From contig JBGSQF010000018.1 in NCBI GenBank assembly GCA_041738235.1, forward strand, positions 67,404 through 117,927: a stretch of DNA of 50,524 bases, read 5' to 3'. The stretch comes from Minisyncoccia bacterium. GTDB taxonomy: Bacteria > Patescibacteriota > Minisyncoccia > Moranbacterales > GCA-2747515. This document shows positions 48,156-50,524 of the stretch, piece by piece. The notes under the pieces are model-generated. The model was not told the origin of the DNA. It made no database searches and was given only the letters and a program-made list of their open reading frames with translations. The stretch's first letter is position 1. Each line of letters starts with the position of its first letter. Position numbers and translations under genes: made by a program.

Positions 48156-48362
48156 ATGAGTATTGTTGCGGAAAGAACGCAGAAGACAGAAAAGCAGTCG
48201 GGGGAGAAGTGGGTTGCCCATGTTTCTCGGGGGCTTGAGATACTTCATCCTCTGAGTAGACAAGCGGTTCTTCAGTATCTTGATCAGCAGGCTCGTTTTC
48301 TGAGACAAGAGATCGAACTGGACGGGAGGATGACTGCGATACTGAATGCGCTTACGGAATGA
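48156..48362 (+). CDS. Small helical hypothetical protein (68 aa)
   Basis: AGGAGG SD inside the previous gene, ATG 2 bp after its stop; internal start of track ORF 47979..48362. Confidence 0.6.
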   Translation: MSIVAERTQKTEKQSGEKWVAHVSRGLEILHPLSRQAVLQYLDQQARFLRQEIELDGRMTAILNALTE

Positions 48363-48386
48363 AGGGATTCCGGTAGTGCCAGGGAC

Positions 48387-48414
48387 GGCGACGAAATCAT
48401 TCGTCGCTTTTTTT
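48387..48414 (+). terminator. Rho-independent terminator
   Basis: GGCGACGAA-atca-TTCGTCGCT followed by a T tract. Confidence 0.75.
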
Positions 48415-48516
48415 ATGGGGAGAAAGGAGAAGTTGAAAGTCAGAAAGTCCAAAAAGTCGGAAAGATAAGGAGGAAAAAATGAGGAGGGGAGAGAAAAAAA
48501 GAGAACTACCGGACCA

Positions 48517-48545
48517 TTGACAGATATTGTATAATATACTACATT
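48517..48545 (+). promoter_or_regulatory. Sigma70-type promoter
   Basis: TTGACA-N17-TACATT upstream of 48581. Confidence 0.55.
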
Positions 48546-48580
48546 AATCCGTTCACAAAAAATTTATATAACCCACTCCT

Positions 48581-49252
48581 ATGAACAAAAAAAGCATTGT
48601 TTTCCTCAGTATCTTCCTTGCCACCGCCGTCCTTATTGCCGGGGGTGTTTTGTGGTACTCGGGAGAGGTGAAGAAGGAGGCGGAGATGGTACAAAAGCAA
48701 GCGGAGGAACAGCAGAAAAAAATGGAAGAAGAACAAAAGAAGCAAGAAGAAGATCTCGTTTCCAATCAAGAGGAAAAATACGATCTTTTGAAAGATCTTG
48801 ATGTAAATACATGGAAAACATACGAGAGTAAGAAAGTAGGGGTAAAGATCAAATATCCAGAGGATTGGGAGATTGTTGAACTTGAGAATGAAAAAGCAGG
48901 ATTTGCTTTGCGTTCACCAAAATACATTCCAACTAAATCCGGGATTGTAATCTATGACGGTGAGATTTATGTGGATGGTCATGCAAATCCCAAACAACTT
49001 AGTATTGAGAATCTGTTTAATACTTTTGATGACGGAAGTGGTTTGTTGTTTTCACGATATGAGCATGAAGATATCGTTATAAATAGATGGAAAGGAGTAT
49101 ATTTTCCAAATATTGACGATGAAGAGGAAAGTTACAATATTCTGGGAGACAAACAAATGTTTTCTTTTGATTATGAATATCAAAAAAATGAAAAAATTTC
49201 AGAGATCTCCCAAATACTTAAAAAAATCGTAGAAAATTTCGAGCCTCTCTAA
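48581..49252 (+). CDS. Membrane-anchored PsbP/Mog1-like domain protein
   Basis: N-terminal TM, E/K/Q coiled linker, WKTYES..GVKIKYPEDW ... ILKKIVENFE. Confidence 0.75.
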   Translation: MNKKSIVFLSIFLATAVLIAGGVLWYSGEVKKEAEMVQKQAEEQQKKMEEEQKKQEEDLVSNQEEKYDLLKDLDVNTWKTYESKKVGVKIKYPEDWEIVELENEKAGFALRSPKYIPTKSGIVIYDGEIYVDGHANPKQLSIENLFNTFDDGSGLLFSRYEHEDIVINRWKGVYFPNIDDEEESYNILGDKQMFSFDYEYQKNEKISEISQILKKIVENFEPL

Positions 49253-49363
49253 CAATATCAGAGTTTTCTTCGGATACGCATTTAATATAATGTGCATCCG
49301 ACTGGGCACTCGTGATCTATTATAGGCACGAGCAGGTATGGTACCTTGAAAACGAGGTGAACA

Positions 49364-50524
49364 ATGAAATCTCGCATGTTGGTGATCGTCGGTTTCTTAC
49401 TGGTGATAAGCGGAGCGGATGCTTCCTCAGCGCCGTCTCTTAAAATGCCCGTTCAGGCGGGTGAATCTTGGACAATGACCAGGGGGTATGACCAAGAGAC
49501 GCATACCAACTATAACCATCCTGAAACACAGGATAGGTACGCGTTGGATTTCGCCAAAGGTGGATGCGATGCATACGGAAAATCCGCCTTGGCGGTTGCA
49601 GATGGTGCTGTAGAGTTTGCCGGTCCAAGTGGCTCGTATGGGAATACTGTCATTATGGACCATGGCGATGGATATAAGTCGCGCTATGCACACTTGAGCT
49701 CTGTCAGCGTGAGCGAGAATCAGGTGATATGGCAAGGAGAAGAAGTTGGAAAGATTGGGAATACAGGGAATGTAGATGGAAGAAAGTGCAAAACTTGGCC
49801 TGGCACTCATCTCCACTTCGCGATGTATCACAATGGTCAGGCGTACAAACCGGAACCCATGGATGGCTATTTGGGGATCGGTAATGTAAACGGTGCACTG
49901 TACTTTTCGTACAATTTTGCATCCGGCGAAATGGATATTGATTCGTTCTGTAAGATGAACGATCCGGATTGGCAAGTCGAGCGGTTTCGTGCATCGAATG
50001 GGAACTTGATGGTGAATGCATGTCCGGTTGATGGGCGTGTTTACTACTATCAGGATATGATGTGCAATCTTGCCTACATTGATCTCATGACCGATACGGA
50101 TGGATCGGGTGGATATGAGATATGTGGTGGGAGTCCTGAAAGTGATGATGAGTATTACGGCTTCGATCCGATCGATACGAATGGTGATGGTGGTTACACC
50201 CCTCCCACCGACCCCCAACCCCTCGACCCCACGAACCTCAAGAACGACACCGACATCCTGGGACAAGATGGGAATGAGCTCTACGCCGGGAAAGACAAAC
50301 TCCTTCCCACTATGAAGGTAAATGTCCGCGTAGCGGTCAATGCACAAGGAGGAGACGCGGGGAATTGGAAGACGAGAGATGACGCCGACACGATCGACAT
50401 CAAGTATCTCGTCAGTATCAACGACGGTGAATGGGTCCAATGGGAAACGGGCTACATCACCATAAGTAAGCTCGACGAGGGCGACACGATCACGGAAACA
50501 AAGACCTACATCATCCCTCCAGGC
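49364..50524 (+). CDS. Secreted M23-family metallopeptidase with additional C-terminal domains; 3' end outside window
   Basis: My translation from the ATG at 49364 (GAGGTG SD): signal peptide, TH..YALDF, A.ADG.V, YGNTV..DHGDGYKSRYAHL, IGNTG, HLHF; no stop before the window end. Confidence 0.9.
   Translation, partial: MKSRMLVIVGFLLVISGADASSAPSLKMPVQAGESWTMTRGYDQETHTNYNHPETQDRYALDFAKGGCDAYGKSALAVADGAVEFAGPSGSYGNTVIMDHGDGYKSRYAHLSSVSVSENQVIWQGEEVGKIGNTGNVDGRKCKTWPGTHLHFAMYHNGQAYKPEPMDGYLGIGNVNGALYFSYNFASGEMDIDSFCKMNDPDWQVERFRASNGNLMVNACPVDGRVYYYQDMMCNLAYIDLMTDTDGSGGYEICGGSPESDDEYYGFDPIDTNGDGGYTPPTDPQPLDPTNLKNDTDILGQDGNELYAGKDKLLPTMKVNVRVAVNAQGGDAGNWKTRDDADTIDIKYLVSINDGEWVQWETGYITISKLDEGDTITETKTYIIPPG

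Noticed and set aside
42860-49260. Integron attC sites, suggested by several genes ending in TAAC
   Set aside because: No matching GTTRRRY with paired L boxes at suitable distance and no intI; the hairpins are explained as terminators.
49427-50440. 337-aa minus-strand ORF in the track
   Set aside because: Antisense shadow of the plus-strand M23 peptidase, which has the SD, signal peptide and motifs.
1-50524. CRISPR array, DGR template/variable repeats, tRNA/rRNA, IS elements, stop-codon reassignment
   Set aside because: No regularly spaced repeats, reverse transcriptase, cloverleaf or transposase motifs seen by eye; known genes such as dxs end at TGA at the expected length, consistent with code 11.

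Overview
A gene-dense 50.5-kb bacterial chromosomal window using the standard genetic code. Gene content suggests a Patescibacteria/CPR (Parcubacteria-like) genome, though this is inference and no rRNA or ribosomal protein gene is present to confirm it. The clues are many GT-C membrane glycosyltransferases, lineage-typical hypothetical proteins, orphan metabolic genes, and an RND pump with no outer-membrane factor. Main blocks, in order: (1) acyltransferase tail, cupredoxin, and an AT-rich GT2 synthase cassette bracketed by two copies of a 24-bp palindrome; (2) dxs, PAP2/SMS-like, DedA, GT4 and an NDP-sugar epimerase; (3) ion and phosphate homeostasis genes (CDF, PpaC-like, YrbG, YqaA); (4) a ~17-kb envelope glycosylation locus with four or five GT-C proteins, Wzx, an O-antigen ligase and a membrane-anchored GH28; (5) a CsoR/FrmR-family repressor with a clear operator heading an RND + DUF2892 operon; (6) GC-rich stand-alone genes (thrC, purB, Rrf2-like, small Cys-rich ORFs); (7) a secreted M23 peptidase running off the right edge, absent from the supplied ORF track. 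I found no tRNA, rRNA, CRISPR array, integrase or transposase. The best novelty candidates are a ~200-nt pseudoknotted structured element paired with a 66-aa gene (23568-23963), a four-hairpin 5' leader (11707-11865), the GT-C/GH28 locus, and apparent GATC/CGATCG over-representation. All counts and GC impressions were made by eye.
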